From Octopus vulgaris (Eukaryota), in the NCBI GenBank assembly GCA_951406725.2, contig OX597814.1:105648001-105712000 (forward strand): a DNA stretch of 64,000 bases. The letters run 5' to 3'. Positions within the stretch are counted from its first letter, which is position 1, and each line of letters opens with the position of its first letter. The position numbers and the translations under genes are program-made. Shown piece by piece: positions 12,256 through 26,986 of this stretch. The notes beneath the pieces are model-generated. The model ran no database searches and had not been told where the DNA came from. It saw only the letters and a program-made list of their open reading frames with translations.

Positions 12256-12355
12256 CATTTATATATATATATATATATACACATACATTTATATATATAT
12301 ATATATATATACACATACATTTATATATATATATATATATATATACACATACATT

Positions 12356-12387
<32 letters not shown>

Positions 12388-12388
12388 C

Positions 12389-12423
<35 letters not shown>

Positions 12424-12450
12424 CATTTATATATACATATATATATGTAC
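12112..12450. repeat. Higher-order repeat (TA)n-CACATACATT
   Basis: Fixed spacer recurring between TA runs of variable length. Confidence 0.9.
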
Positions 12451-12799
12451 ATTTTTAATAATCGGTAGAAGTCAGTTGTGACTCAACGCCCGACAATTTC
12501 GTGCCAACGCACGAAACTTCCGTCCCGTGAGTCAATGGCTATGGTCTGCCGATTCGTAATAAAAGACGTATGTTCCATTTTCTTGTTCGCATTATCAAGC
12601 CTGTATATACGCTGCCGTTAATACTCACAGCGCTCGGGGGTGCGTGCATACATTCGCAAGACACATGTTGAGATATAGAGTGAAAGAGACAGACACACGA
12701 CTGGGTAACGTCTATCAAACACCTCTCCTCATTCCGGCATAATACCCTTAAACACACTTACGTAAACTTCTGTACAATCTGCACACATCTGTGTAAATG

Positions 12800-12954
12800 T
12801 GTGTGCTTATACATACATACATAGATATATATACACACACACACATATATGTACATGTATGTATGTATATTATATATATATATATCTATATATATATTTA
12901 TTTATCTACATATGCCCATGTATATGTATGCTTATGTATATGCATATATATACG

Positions 12955-12998
<44 letters not shown>

Positions 12999-13020
12999 GA
13001 TTTATATATATATATAAATG

Positions 13021-13074
<54 letters not shown>

Positions 13075-13136
13075 AGTGTGTGTGTGTGTACATATATATG
13101 TATGTATGTATATATGTATGTATATTTATGACTACT

Positions 13137-13183
<47 letters not shown>

Positions 13184-13184
13184 C

Positions 13185-13229
<45 letters not shown>

Positions 13230-13230
13230 C

Positions 13231-13290
<60 letters not shown>

Positions 13291-13310
13291 GGATAGATAG
13301 AAAGATATAC
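12800..13310. repeat. Compound microsatellite ending in (GATA)n (13137-13302)
   Basis: Direct inspection. Confidence 0.92.
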
Positions 13311-13334
13311 AACTGCTCATAGGTATATTCTTTC

Positions 13335-13472
13335 GCTTTTACTCTTTACTTGTTTCGGCTATGTGACTGTGGCAATGCTGGAGCACCGCCTTTATTCGAG
13401 CAAATCGACCCCAGGACTTACTCTTTTTAGGTTTGGTACTTATTCTCTATCGCTCTTTTTTTGCCGAACCGC
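13335..13472 (-). mobile_element. SINE family B, 3' fragment
   Basis: GCTGGAGCACCGCCTTTA...ATCGACCCCAGGACTTA matches the family B tail. Confidence 0.8.
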
Positions 13473-14139
13473 TGGATTGGCAAAAAACGATGAATTTTTG
13501 CCGCATTCTGACTGCTATTTAAATACAATATTAACTTAGGGGATATATATGTACCCATACATACACACACACACAATCGCACACACATAGACATACGTTC
13601 CGTCAGTACTACCACATCTGTCTTTCTGTCAGTCTGCCTGTGCGAAATAGAAAGAGAGGGGTCCTCAGGCGGTTCTATTCGTTGGAATACACAGCTACCC
13701 AGAAGTAGTGGATCCGGAGCAAATAAATCTCTGATTTCACTGCTCTCTCTCTCTCTCTCACACACACGCACACACACAGTCATGTCTCTTTAAGAAAAGA
13801 CGAAATGGTAAAGCATAGTCATGTTTATAAGACATTCCACATGAAATGATGATATATCGACGAAGGAAACTAAAAGACAACGAATCGAAGAACAGCGAAA
13901 CAAAAGCCAGAATGCCATCAACTCGTGTCTTGTTAGCAGCAGTCACGGTTTCACATCACGCCTATGGATGATTGATGTATTTCGTTGTATTTATATCAGT
14001 TGCATAATAGAATTCTATAGAATCTGCCGATGAATTCTTTCTTTCTTTTACACCGAACTGTGTTACTCACTCACCATTTTTCATTACATTCCTTGCTGAG
14101 AACGTTCTTCCGCTGTCTCTTATCTCCTCACTCTTTGCT

Positions 14140-14176
<37 letters not shown>

Positions 14177-14388
14177 CAATTGATACAGTTTGTCCCTTTT
14201 TTTTTTCTTTCTCAATTATTCTTTTAACATCTCCATCGCAATGTAACTGATAGCATCGTGTTTTCCCTTTCGGTTTAATATATTCTTTTCCGACCAGGCT
14301 TCCGTAAATGTCGTCCGTTGTTGTTGCCTAGTATTGTTACTGTTGCTAGTGGTAGAGGTGTCGTTTGAGACAGTCACTATTCTACGAT

Positions 14389-14865
<477 letters not shown>

Positions 14866-15404
14866 GCGTGTGCACATGCACACCCACCTACACATATAAG
14901 CATGGGGTTGTCGTTGTGGTGGTAGCCATAACGTTGTCTGTAACCTGATGCTGACCAATCACCAAGAATTCCATACTTCACTTCACACCACTCGTATCTT
15001 CCGGCACTCTTCATCATCATCATCATCACCCACATCTACTCTCCTCCCTTGTTTAATTTTCTTTATCTTTCCCCCATCTTGCCTCCACCCTTCCCATCCA
15101 CTTCTCTCATATACAATATCTCTCCTTCTATCAATTATATTCACCTCTCCCCCGTTTTTCCTTCCTTTTTCCCTTTGCTACAATTTCTATCCTCTCTTTG
15201 GTTCCTTCCTCTCCATCTTTTCATTCTTTCTCCACACCTTTTCTCTTCTTCATTCGCTCTGGCTTTTCATTCTCTATCCTCTCTTTTTTCCTTTCCCTCT
15301 TTTCCTTCCTTTTCGCCTCCTCTTCATCTCTTACTCTCTCTCTCTCTCTCTCCCACTCCATCTGTCTCCTGCATCTTCTCTTTTTCTCCATCTGATGTGT
15401 CTTT

Positions 15405-15451
<47 letters not shown>

Positions 15452-16249
15452 TACATAATGTCCCTCCATCCTTCCTCCCCTTTCACTTATATCTGACCAC
15501 CTCCCTCTTCCTCTCCTCCTTCCCCTCTATAGACGTCTTTAAGCATTCTGATCTATCAGGTATTTTCTCCTTCCCCACTCTCTCTCTCTCTCCCCACCCT
15601 CTCTCACTATGTACGTTATTCCTCTCCCTTCCTCCCTTCATTCTTCTCTCACTTTCCTCTCTGCACTGCCCTCCCCCCTATCCTCTACCCTCCTACATTT
15701 AGACTTTCTAATTAAGTCCGTTAGAGAATACTAATCAGGCGTTTAATCAAATTCGCCATCTTTTCACTTGTTTAATTAGGTAATAAACTGCAGCGGGAGA
15801 CAACATCGCCACCGCTAATTCACCTCTCCATAGTGCAACACTCCACCAACAACAACAACAACAACAACCGCCACCGCTAATTTACCTTTCTACATTAAGA
15901 GACTTCACCACCATCGCCACCACCACCACCACCACCACCACCACCACCACCACCACCATCGCCACCACCACCACCACCACTTCTAATTCTCTCCTCTGCT
16001 CCATTCCATGCTGTCGTCTGTTTAACATTGCATCATTTTATTAATCCCCCCCCACCTCCCCCCACTCCTCTCTAAATCTTCTCTCATTTTTTATTTGTCC
16101 TTCCCATATTTTTATTTTCACATTTCTTATTTCTTTCCTTGTCTCCCCCTCCCCCACGCATTCTTCATTTTCCGAGCTTTTTACTTTTTCGCTTCCTCCA
16201 CCACCCCCCTCTATTTCACACTGTGTATGTGTGTGTAATATACGTACCA

Positions 16250-16362
16250 TTTTCTTTTACTTGTTTCAGCTGTTTGATTGCGGCCATGCTGGGGCACCAC
16301 CTTGAAGAATTTTTTGTCGAATTACTCGAACACTGTACTTTCTTCTTCTTCTTCTTCTTCTT

Positions 16363-16421
<59 letters not shown>

Positions 16422-16704
16422 GATACTGATGCCGTTTTTTCTTTAGCTGAATCCCCCTAAGTTACGGGGACATAAACATACCAACATTGGATGTCAAGCG
16501 GTTTTGAGGGACAAATACAAATACACACACACACACACACACATACACACACACGACGGGCTTCTTTCAGTTTCTGTCTACCAAATTCACTCACAAGGCT
16601 TTGGTCAGACCGAGGCTATAGCAGAAGAGACTTACCCAAGGTGCTACGCAGTCGGACTGAACCCGGAATCATGTGACTGTGAAGGAAGCTTTTTACCACA
16701 CAGC

Positions 16705-16706
<2 letters not shown>
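16250..16706 (-). mobile_element. SINE family B, interrupted by (CTT)n(TTA)n
   Basis: Tail at 16250-16300, head at 16555-16706. Confidence 0.8.
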
Positions 16707-16746
<40 letters not shown>

Positions 16747-17494
16747 GTACGTGTGTGTGTGTGTGTGTGTGTCATCTAAGAAATAGCTCAGTGACCAGTG
16801 ACATCCAAATGAACAACACTCCGAGGTACACCATGCTCTCTCTCTCACATGCATCTACCTCCGCCCTCTCTCTAGTATATTCTCAATCCATCTATTTACT
16901 AATTGACCACTGTTTAGATATAATTAAGTAGGTCTTCCTCTTCCTCCATTATTTTCCACCCCTCTCCTTCTTTCCTTCTCTCTTTATTTCACTCTCTATC
17001 TCTCACTCTCACCTTATTCCTGTATTTTTTCTTTCTCATTCGTCCTCTCACCTTTTCCTTCATATCTCTCCGTCTTCATTCCTTTTTTCTTCCTGTTCAT
17101 GGAATGGCTTCAATATTTCTTTTTTTCTTTCTTCTTTCCTTTTCTTCCTTCTTCTTTCGCTTTTTCTCTCTCATTATACACCTCTCACCAATCCCCTTAT
17201 ACTCCCTCACCTCCCTCTCATATTTTCTTCTTCTAGTCCCACCCTAACACAAGATTCTATATTCATTGTGTCTCGTATATTCTCTCTTCTGTATCTCTAC
17301 ACACCATACATACATACTTGTGTGTGTGTGTGTGTTTTATCTATTTATCTATATTTATTTGTTTATCTATCTACTTATTGCTCTATTACAACTGAGAGTA
17401 TATTTTGCGAGTCAGGTTTCACGCCACGCGTCAAGTTGCGAGAGGCAAACTCTCACTGATCAATTTTAATAATGATAATAAAGATAATAATTAT

Positions 17495-17712
17495 GGTTTC
17501 AAATTTTGACCTAAGGCCAGCAAGTTCGGCGGTAGAGGGGCTGGTCGATTACATCGATCCCAATACTTAACTAGTACTTATTTTCATCGACCCCCGAAAT
17601 GATGAAAGGCGACGTCGACCTCGGCAGAATTTGAACTCAGAGCTTAAAGACGGACAAAACGCTGCCAAGCATATCCCCCCGCGCGCTAACCATTCTGCCA
17701 GCTCACTGCCTT
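17495..17712 (-). mobile_element. SINE family A, older copy
   Basis: GATGAAAGGC...GAATTTGAACTCAG...TTCTGCCAGCTC. Confidence 0.8.
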
Positions 17713-17724
17713 AAATAAGACTAT

Positions 17725-18004
17725 GACACTCCGTCGGTTACGACGACGAAGGTCCCAGATGATTCGATCAACAGAACGGTCTGTTCGTGAAATTAACGTG
17801 CAAGTGGCTGAGCACTTCACAGATATGTGTACCCATAACGTAGTTCTCGGGGGAGATTCAGCGTGGCCCTTTGAAATACAGGTACAACAGAAACAGGAAG
17901 AGTGAGAGAAAGTTGTGGTGAAAGAGTACAGCAGGGTTCGCCACCAACCTCTGCCGGAGCCTCGTGGAGATTTAAGTGTTTTTGCTCAATAAACACTCCA
18001 CGCC
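17725..18004 (-). mobile_element. SINE family D body with a 3' tail shared with 40325-40628
   Basis: 17890-18004 is the reverse complement of ~53620-53740; 17725-17850 matches the tail at ~40500-40628. Confidence 0.75.
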
Positions 18005-18408
18005 TTAAATAAAGAAAATATGTAAAATATTCTAAGCTGAAACATAACCAGTTTCTTTGAAAGGGTTTGAATTCGCATCATGTTTTCACTTTGAAGTTAC
18101 CTTAATCCCTTTGTCATTTCATTTCATATATCTCCCCCACCCCACCCCTTCCCATTGATATCTATTCATGACAAAGTGAGGCGGGTTAAACGAGTCAAGT
18201 CTACACCAACAGGAATTTAATTATTTTGAATCAATATGGAGTATGTGTGTGTGTGTGTGTGTGAAAGGACCTGAATATATACGCATATATACGTGTATGT
18301 ATTTACGGTTTACCTATATGTGTGTATAGATATGTATGTGTACGTATATATTATGTGTGCGTGAGTGTACCTAAATATATACGCATATATACGTGTATAT
18401 ATGTACAG

Positions 18409-18447
<39 letters not shown>

Positions 18448-18894
18448 TCACAAGTCTGTTCTGTGGAGCTGACTATCTCATATTTAATTTACCAACTTTT
18501 CAGAAATATGCCAAGCGATTTATAGAGACTGTTTTCTCCCCCCTCCCCTCTCTCTCTCTCTCCCTCGTTTGTTTGTCATGTGACCACAATATCCAATCGC
18601 AGCCAGAGCAGGCCACTGAACACTACATAACACTGCATCAGACCACAACCACACTGCAGCCATTTTATACTACAAAACTTTACTAATACACCTCACTGCA
18701 CTCCACTGCTCTCCTTCTGTCTCCTTATATTACAACCACACCCTAACCGCACTGAAAGACGTGGTAAAAAAAAAAAAACTCTCTCATTTTACAGTTTGAC
18801 AAACATTTTAACCCTAAATGCACCGATCCGATCTCTGATGGGAACAAGAACCCCCCTCACCCACAACACGCATAAAAGGAGGAGTGGCAATTAG

Positions 18895-19562
18895 TTCGAC
18901 CTCGGCGGAATTTGAACTCAGAACGTAACGGCAGACGAGATACCTGTTTCTTTACTACCCACAAGGGGCTAAACATAGAGGGGATAAACGAGGACAGACA
19001 AACGGATTAAGTCAATTATATCGACCCCAGTGCGTAACTGGTACTTAATTTATCAACCCCGAAAGGATGAAAGGCAAAGTCGACCTCGGCGGAATTTGAA
19101 CTCAGAACGTAGCGGCAGACAAAATACCGCTAAGCATTTCGCCCGGCGTGCTAACGTTTCTGCCAGCTCGCCGCCTTACACAAAGAAAAATATTCTTTTC
19201 TACTCTATGACCGACATTTTTAGGGAGGGGGCCAATCGATTAGATCGACTCTAGTACGCAACTGGTACTTATTTTATCGACCCCAAAAGGATGAAAGGCA
19301 AAGTCGACCTCGGCGAAAATTGAACTCAGAACGTAACGGCAGACGAAATGCCTATTTCTTTACTGCCCACAAAGGGCTAAACAGACAAACGGATTAAGTC
19401 GATTATATCGACCCCAGTACGCAACTGGTACTTCTTTAATCGACCCCGAAAGGATGAAAGGCAAAGTCGACCTCGGCGGAATTTGAACTCAGAACGTAAC
19501 GACAGACGAAATACAGCTACGCATTTCGCCCGGCGTGCTAACGTTTCTGCTAGCTCGCCGCT
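18895..19562 (-). mobile_element. Cluster of tandem/nested SINE family A copies
   Basis: Four CCTCGGCG...TGAACTCAGAACGTA bodies. Confidence 0.88.
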
Positions 19563-19974
19563 TTCCACTGTGAAAAATACTAGCGAAAGAAATCTTGTTT
19601 CTTGCATTAAATATATCTGAAAGCAAAAAACCTTTTAAGGACCCTTTTGGAAAACTGTTGTGAATCTCTAAACTACTATTTCGCCTGCGTGGATACCCCA
19701 ACATCTGTCCTTGTTTAAGTGAATGAAAGGAGTGTAGTGTCTTTGTTGAGTTGGGTAGTTTTGTATGTGGTTAGGGGTGTGTGTGATTGATGTTCAATGT
19801 ATTGTATTGTTGTAATGTCTACCTTACTTGTGTATGCTGCAATGTACATACGTTATATATAAAGCATAAACATATATACACGTCTGTGTATGTATATATA
19901 TATATATATATATACGGAAAAAAGTCAAGGTAGAAAATGCTAAAATAATATATATATACTGACTTTGTGTGTGC

Positions 19975-20029
<55 letters not shown>

Positions 20030-20859
20030 ATGGAGATGTACTTGCATAGCAAGTGACCTGATCTGAGATCGTGTGCTGGGAATTTTGTCAGTGATCAGGT
20101 CGCGGTCTCAAAGCGACGAAAATATTTTGGCAAATTAAACAGTTTGTTTATATATATATATATATATATATATAATAGTTTACTGTGTATGTATGCATCA
20201 TATAGACATGCGCACACCCACTTAAGATCGCGTATGTGTATATGCATGTATGTGTGTTTATCTCTCCCTCTTCATCTGTGTGTGTGTGTGTGTGTATCTA
20301 TTTATGTATGTACCTCTCTTTCTTATTGAATTATTCGTTGACTTGATCACACACACGCGCACACACACACACAAGTACACACACACATATAAACCCTGCA
20401 AGTCACCTTAACCTCGACTGTTCTGAGAAGAATCTATTTATTGTTAATAATTTTGGTTAGTATTACTTCCACACACACACACACACCCCCCGCCACCCAC
20501 TACACCCACCACCGTCTCCATCTTCGCATGGACTCAGCCAATATCCATATCAACAGCAATCAGCAATGCTTCTCGGTCAGTTGGGGTCCAGCGTTAACCG
20601 TTCCTTCAATTGATGGAAGCAGCTTTTGTCAGGCGACCTTAATTTAATCATCTGTTGAAAGCTGTGATAATACAAAGCCGTGATGTCTTCTAGCAGACTT
20701 CTTAAAGGCGTGCCACGTTAGAATCTTCTCACAACATTACGTTTCTACCGTTCATTGATTTCTCTTTCCAAATTTTACCTTTTTCTTTTTATATCTGCCT
20801 TTCTTAAACACGCATACACACACTCCTCCTCTCTCTTTCTCTATCGCACCTATACAAGA

Positions 20860-20896
20860 ACACACATATATATGCATGTATATGTGTGTGTATATA

Positions 20897-20929
<33 letters not shown>

Positions 20930-20959
20930 ATATATATATATGTGTGTGTGTGTGCGTGC

Positions 20960-20992
<33 letters not shown>

Positions 20993-21015
20993 TGCATATA
21001 TATATATGTGTGTGC

Positions 21016-21062
<47 letters not shown>

Positions 21063-21361
21063 CGTACATATATATATATATATGTGTGTGTGTGCGTGCA
21101 TATATATATATATGTGTGTGTGTGCGTGCATATATATATATGTGTGTGTGTATATATATATGTGTGTGTGTATATATATATATGTGTGTGTATATATATA
21201 TGTGTGTGTGTATATATATATGTGTGTGTGTATATATATATATGTGTGTGTATATATATATATGTGTGTGTATATATATATGTGTTTGTGTGTGTATATA
21301 TATATATATATGTGTATATATATATATGTGTGTGTGCGTGTATATATATATATATATATGC

Positions 21362-21412
<51 letters not shown>

Positions 21413-21430
21413 CCCGCGTATGTGTATATA
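20860..21430. repeat. Alternating (TA)n(TG)n microsatellite
   Basis: Direct inspection. Confidence 0.95.
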
Positions 21431-21981
21431 AAAAGTGATGCCTCTTCTCAACCATTCATTGATTTTGTTTTCTTTTTCTACTTTTCTTTTTCTCCTGCAT
21501 CTTCTGTTTCCTTTCTTTTTCTCCGTTGTCTTCCCCTTCTCCCTCTTCTTTTCTTATTCTTCCTCTTCTTTCACCACCACCACCACCGCTGCCGCCGCCG
21601 CCGCCACAGATCCTTCTCCTTCTGTTATATCTTTTCGTCCCGATGTAATCTCTACATCTGCCAGCAGCCATTAAATGTTCTTTTTGTGCCAACGTTTCAG
21701 GTTTTTACCTCAACAACAATCCTGTCCGAACAGTTTTGCTGCGGCAGTGAATTGTTGCCACATCGGTGAAGAAAAGTTATCAAACCTTGAAATACGCGAT
21801 TCTTCCTTTTTCAAGATGGCGACGGCTCAACCAACCAACAGATTGTTCTTAAGGCTGACTGGAACATTCCACTGAAAGAATATTACAGATGACCCCCCAC
21901 CCCACCCTTAGCCACTTAACTGGACATATTTCTATCCACTCAATGGATCGGTCTTATCACTGCAGCATAATAATAATAATG

Positions 21982-22012
<31 letters not shown>

Positions 22013-22026
22013 GGGTTTAACCCTAA

Positions 22027-22356
22027 CCCTAGGAATGATAGCAACAGGGGCTGATTGCTACCTAGCTCAGATACCAGGGAACCCCAAAATGGCAGGAGTT
22101 CCAAAGAAAGTGCTCATGGGAACTGCCCATATAATACGTAAAATACTGTCTATGTAATCTCAAATTTTAAAAGAAACTCATAATTTTCTTGTTTTCTTAA
22201 ACATTCTCTAGAACAATACTATGTGCAAAACCAAATATATGGCACCCTAGGCATAACACCAACATGAACTTCTAACTTGTTGTCTTTTGAGGTCTCTGGG
22301 TGAGACTTGGCATCAACTTGTACAAATACAAAGCAAAAGACAAACATATTATTAAA
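22027..22356 (+). mobile_element. 5'-truncated Dong/R4-clade non-LTR retrotransposon 3' end inserted in (TAA)n
   Basis: 22029-22157 translates to LGMIATGADCYLAQIPGNPKMAGVPKKVLMGTAHIIRKILSM*, resembling the QK.VL.GTA.I.RK.L C-terminus of Dong/Rex6 ORFs; (TAA)n on both sides, the known Dong target. Confidence 0.8.
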
Positions 22357-23010
22357 ATAATAATAATAATAATAATGATAATAATAATAATAATAATAAT
22401 GATAATAATAATAATAATAATGATAATAATGATAATAATAATAGCGTTAGGGAGGTGATAGCGGCGCTGTGGGTAGTAGTTATAGGATGATTTCCTAAAC
22501 ATTAAAGGTTTCTAGTATGTATCTAAGAAATTAATATTTATTTATATCAAGGCCAAAACACATTTTAGATATAAGGCATCGTCAATTATGAAGTACCTCT
22601 TATATTACTGGTACATCCTTTTATTTACTCCCTATATACATACATGTGTGTGTGTATGAAATAGAGAGAAGGAGAAAACGAATTTCATGAGATTCTATAT
22701 TAATCACTACGAATGTTTCGACCCATCCCGCATCGGGCCCCTCACGGATGAGATTCTGTACAAATAGATGTGGTGCACCATTCAATGTTCTCCGTTTCGC
22801 TTATTTGGATTAGAATACATTCTGGTATTTGCCATAATGTATTCTAATCTCATGCTTCCTCCTGCACGGTGGTGGCGTATTTTACGGAGAATGTCCGGTC
22901 CCTCAAAGTCACCTTGGTGTATAAGTCGAACGTCCTTTTTTGATTGTGAATTTTAATCTAAACAATTCGACTAGTATGCCGGAAAATATGATATGTGTGT
23001 GTGTGTGTAT

Positions 23011-23050
<40 letters not shown>

Positions 23051-23312
23051 GGAGGCGCGTGCGCGTGGCTTAGTCGTTAGGGTGTCAGCATCATGATCGT
23101 AAGATTGTGGTTTCGATTCCTGGACCGGACGACGCGTTGTGTTCTTGAGCAAAACACTTCATTTCACGTTGCTCCAGTCCACTCAGCTGGCAAAAATTAG
23201 TAACGCTGCGATGGACTGGCGTCCCGTCCAGCTGGGGAACACATACACCATAGAAACCAGGAAACCGAGCCCATGAGCCTGGCTAGGCTTTAAAAGGCCG
23301 CATTTATTTATT
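23051..23312 (+). mobile_element. tRNA-derived SINE, family C, full-length
   Basis: TGGCTTAGT.GTTAG and GGTTTCGATTCC boxes; GTTCTTGAGCAAAACACTT body; (TTTA) tail. Confidence 0.85.
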
Positions 23313-23739
23313 ACATATATATAAATATATATAGCAAACAGATGTATTAGTTTAACACTCGGGAAGGTGAGAAAGTATTTTATGTTTCGAGCCTATGCTC
23401 TTCAACAGAAAGGAACACATATATATTTGGCTAGAAAGTGACACTATTGTATTGTATTACAATAATATTTAATATATATAGTATCATTTAATATATATAG
23501 TATAATCATTGTCGTTTTCCATTCGTTGGACGAGCAAGAATACAAGTGGGGTTAAAATTCACAACAACTGTTTCGGCGGCCTTTTTTAAAATAAATTCTT
23601 AGATTACATCATGGTGTCATCTTCAGGTAAATTTTAAACAAAAAAAAAACAACAACAGGTAATGCAGAAATACTGATGAATCGCTCACCAACTACTTTGT
23701 GGGAGTAATCCATATGGATAGGCGCGTGCATTTTATAGT

Positions 23740-24012
23740 CTTTTATTCGTTTCAGTCATTTGACTGGAGCACCGCCTTTAGTCGAACAAATCGACCCCAG
23801 GATTTGTAATCCTAGTACTTATTCTATCGGTCTTTTTGCCGAACCGCTTCTGCCAGCTCGCCGCCTTAATTTCAGTATCTCTCTACCAAATTCACTCACA
23901 AGACTTTGAACGGCCCGAGGCTATAGTAGAAGACACTCGTCCAAGGTGCCACGCAGTGGGACTGAAGCAGGAACAATGTGGTTGGTAAGCAAGCTACTTA
24001 CCACACAACCAC
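23740..24012 (-). mobile_element. SINE family B with internal deletion and a patch of family A head (23848-23867)
   Basis: B tail, then TTCTGCCAGCTCGCCGCCT, then B head. Confidence 0.8.
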
Positions 24013-25011
24013 TATTTCACCTATATATACATACAATCTAAAACTAGGTAAGGACAACTTTAAGTTGCTCCAGTATGGGCACAGTACCCGGCATTGCGTT
24101 CTACATGCTGAAATATCTAGATTTTAACGAATTCTGCAATTAACATATTGACACACACACATATTGAAAGAGAGAAGGGCGAAATTGTGTCTTGTGTCAG
24201 TTGTAGCCTGAGAATAAGTTGTCTCCTTAGAAAGATCTGAGACCTGTTGCTAGGTGTTTAGCCCTAGGTCACTCGTTATGAGACTGGATTTGTTTAAGAC
24301 AAAATATTACATCATTCAAACTGAATAGAACCATGCATACTACTACTACTACTACTACTAAGCGATGTTAATTTTTATTTTATTTTGATTTTATGTAGTT
24401 GATATTTTTCTGTTACTCTTTCACTAATTCTCCCCCTCCCCTCGCTCTCTTCCTCCCTCTCCCTTTCTTTCTTTATATCTCTCTCCCCCCTCTCTCTCTT
24501 TCTGTGTCTCTGTCTCTCTCGTTCTCCACACACACATATAGAAACATTTTCGCGATGCTCTACTGTGCACTTTTTGTTATCTATAACTAAAAAACAAAAA
24601 AACAAAACAAAACAAAAAAGTGCGGTTCACACACAAAATACGTCTCATAAAAACACAGCCAGACACCACGCACGCACACACACACACACAGACACACGCA
24701 CAAGTATGCACCCTATAGTGTTGTTCTGAAGAACTCCCTAGGGAGATTCCCCCTTTTTATCATAAAAATCTTTCTAAATCTTCCATTTTTATTTTCGAAA
24801 TGCAATCCGGAGAAATCAGAAACTTCTGGGTTTTTTTTCTTCCTCTTGAACCAAAAACCGACGGTTCCTTCATTATGTCATTTGTTCTGCATTTATATAC
24901 AAATATACACTCACCTATTTAATCACAAACACATCCTGCATTCTGTTTTCTCTTCATTTCTCTTCCCCCCTCACTTCTGATTAACCTTCGTGGTTAATAA
25001 TAAAACCACCG

Positions 25012-25043
<32 letters not shown>

Positions 25044-25345
25044 AGCAGCATTTGTGTTGATATATTCTTATTTACTTTACTCAGCGTTACCTATTCATCC
25101 ATTTTATAAAAAAAATCTATCCACCAACACAAATATTTGGGGTTATTTTCCTCTTCTTTTCCTCCTGCGTTTTCTATCCTCTTTCCACCCCACAACCTAT
25201 TACAACCATTTATAAATTCGAACTCTTTACAATTTCGCCTCATCGTTTTCTTTTCAACCCCGCCTGTTTTTTCTCTCTCACACTCGGCCTATTCTAAAAA
25301 CTAAAAATAAAAATAAAAGAATATAGTGTTTGCGTGCATCGCACA

Positions 25346-25383
<38 letters not shown>

Positions 25384-25477
25384 CTCTCTCTCTCTCTCTC
25401 CATATATACAGGCATTATATCATGTCTGTGTGTATAATATTTTCGTGCATACACGTTACACGTGTTCGGTTTTATGC

Positions 25478-25511
<34 letters not shown>

Positions 25512-25514
<3 letters not shown>

Positions 25515-25707
25515 CGAACAGTGGTCCCGACGCGCGCACACGCGCAGTCACGCATCCGCACTAGCTAGTCATGACTAGTCGATCCTTACTTTGTGTTTTT
25601 GTGTTTTATTTACTTTGCTAGGTAGTCGTTGTAGGATCGACTACCTACGACTAGCTAGCGCGGATGCGCGACTGCGCGTGTGCGCGCACCGGGACCACTG
25701 TTCGCTA
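25512..25707. mobile_element. GC-rich fold-back/MITE-like element in (TA)n
   Basis: TAGCGAACAGTGGTCCCG...CGGGACCACTGTTCGCTA, ~75-bp imperfect arms, TA at both ends. Confidence 0.75.
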
Positions 25708-25709
25708 GT

Positions 25710-25746
<37 letters not shown>

Positions 25747-25786
25747 CATAAACGAGTGTGTGGTTTTATATACATGCATGTATATG

Positions 25787-25841
<55 letters not shown>

Positions 25842-26248
25842 GTGTGTGTGTAAAACAATGTTAAACTGTTCACTTGAAATGCTAATGAAACACTGAAGAT
25901 TCCTTGACGTCCGTCGAGGCTTCCCCTCTCAACAATGATTGTTTCAACTGTGCAGCTTCCCATGTCAGCCCTGACAACAGATTGCCAACGTAAACACTCA
26001 TTTAGAGGGGTCACCCATCACATCCATCTCTCCCCCATTCACCCCTTCCTCCTCCTCCTCCTCCTCCGCCTCTTCATTCCTGTCCATCTACATCTCTCTC
26101 TCAACCCATCTCTCCACCTAACCCTAACCCCTATACTAACCCATGAATAGACTGTCTGATTGGCAGAGCTTGTCATGGTTTCGCCATTTATTTATTCAGG
26201 ACAGTTTTTGTGAGCTCCCCTTCTTCCACCCCTTTACCTTCCTCTCTC

Positions 26249-26314
<66 letters not shown>

Positions 26315-26986
26315 CATTCAACAGTTTCTACAGTATACGTTTTCTTTGCTTTCGTGTTCTTTTTTACTTTTTTTTTTTACCCTTCTCCCTGCAAGTAAAA
26401 CGTGTTATCCTTACTAATGTCCCATATACACACATACGAACACACATGAAAATGTAGGTTATATATATTTATGTGTGTGTATGTGTGTGTGTGTGTTCGT
26501 ATATTTTGCATGTTCTCCCACCACCACTCTTTCTTTCCCCACCCATCACAAACACACATCTCAAAAATAGACAAGTATTACTCACACGGCCATCATACCA
26601 ATGGGAGTGGGGGTATATAAACTCGATTGAATCGCCCCTAATTCGTGCCTCGTACAATTTTGGGTTTTTTTATATCGACCCCAAATAGATGTAAGGCAAA
26701 CTTGTCGTCTGCGTGATTTTACAATCGAAACTGAAGGGTGTTATTTACAGTTCCACGGTGTACCATTTCAGTCTACTGCATTCCTTCTTTATAAATAGAT
26801 ATATAATAGATTGAAATGTCTTAGAAATTCCTTTAATTGCTGACTCACAGACAAGCCTACTGCAACCATCTTTCCTCTGAAAACTTCCAAATATTTTTTT
26901 CTCTTTGCATTTTCGTTTTCTTTAAAATAAAACAATCAACACCAACAGAAAAAAAAAAATGTTTTTTCTTTGTCAAACAAAATATA

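Noticed and set aside
14948-15702. F/L/S/P-rich ORFs
   Set aside because: Polypyrimidine low-complexity tract
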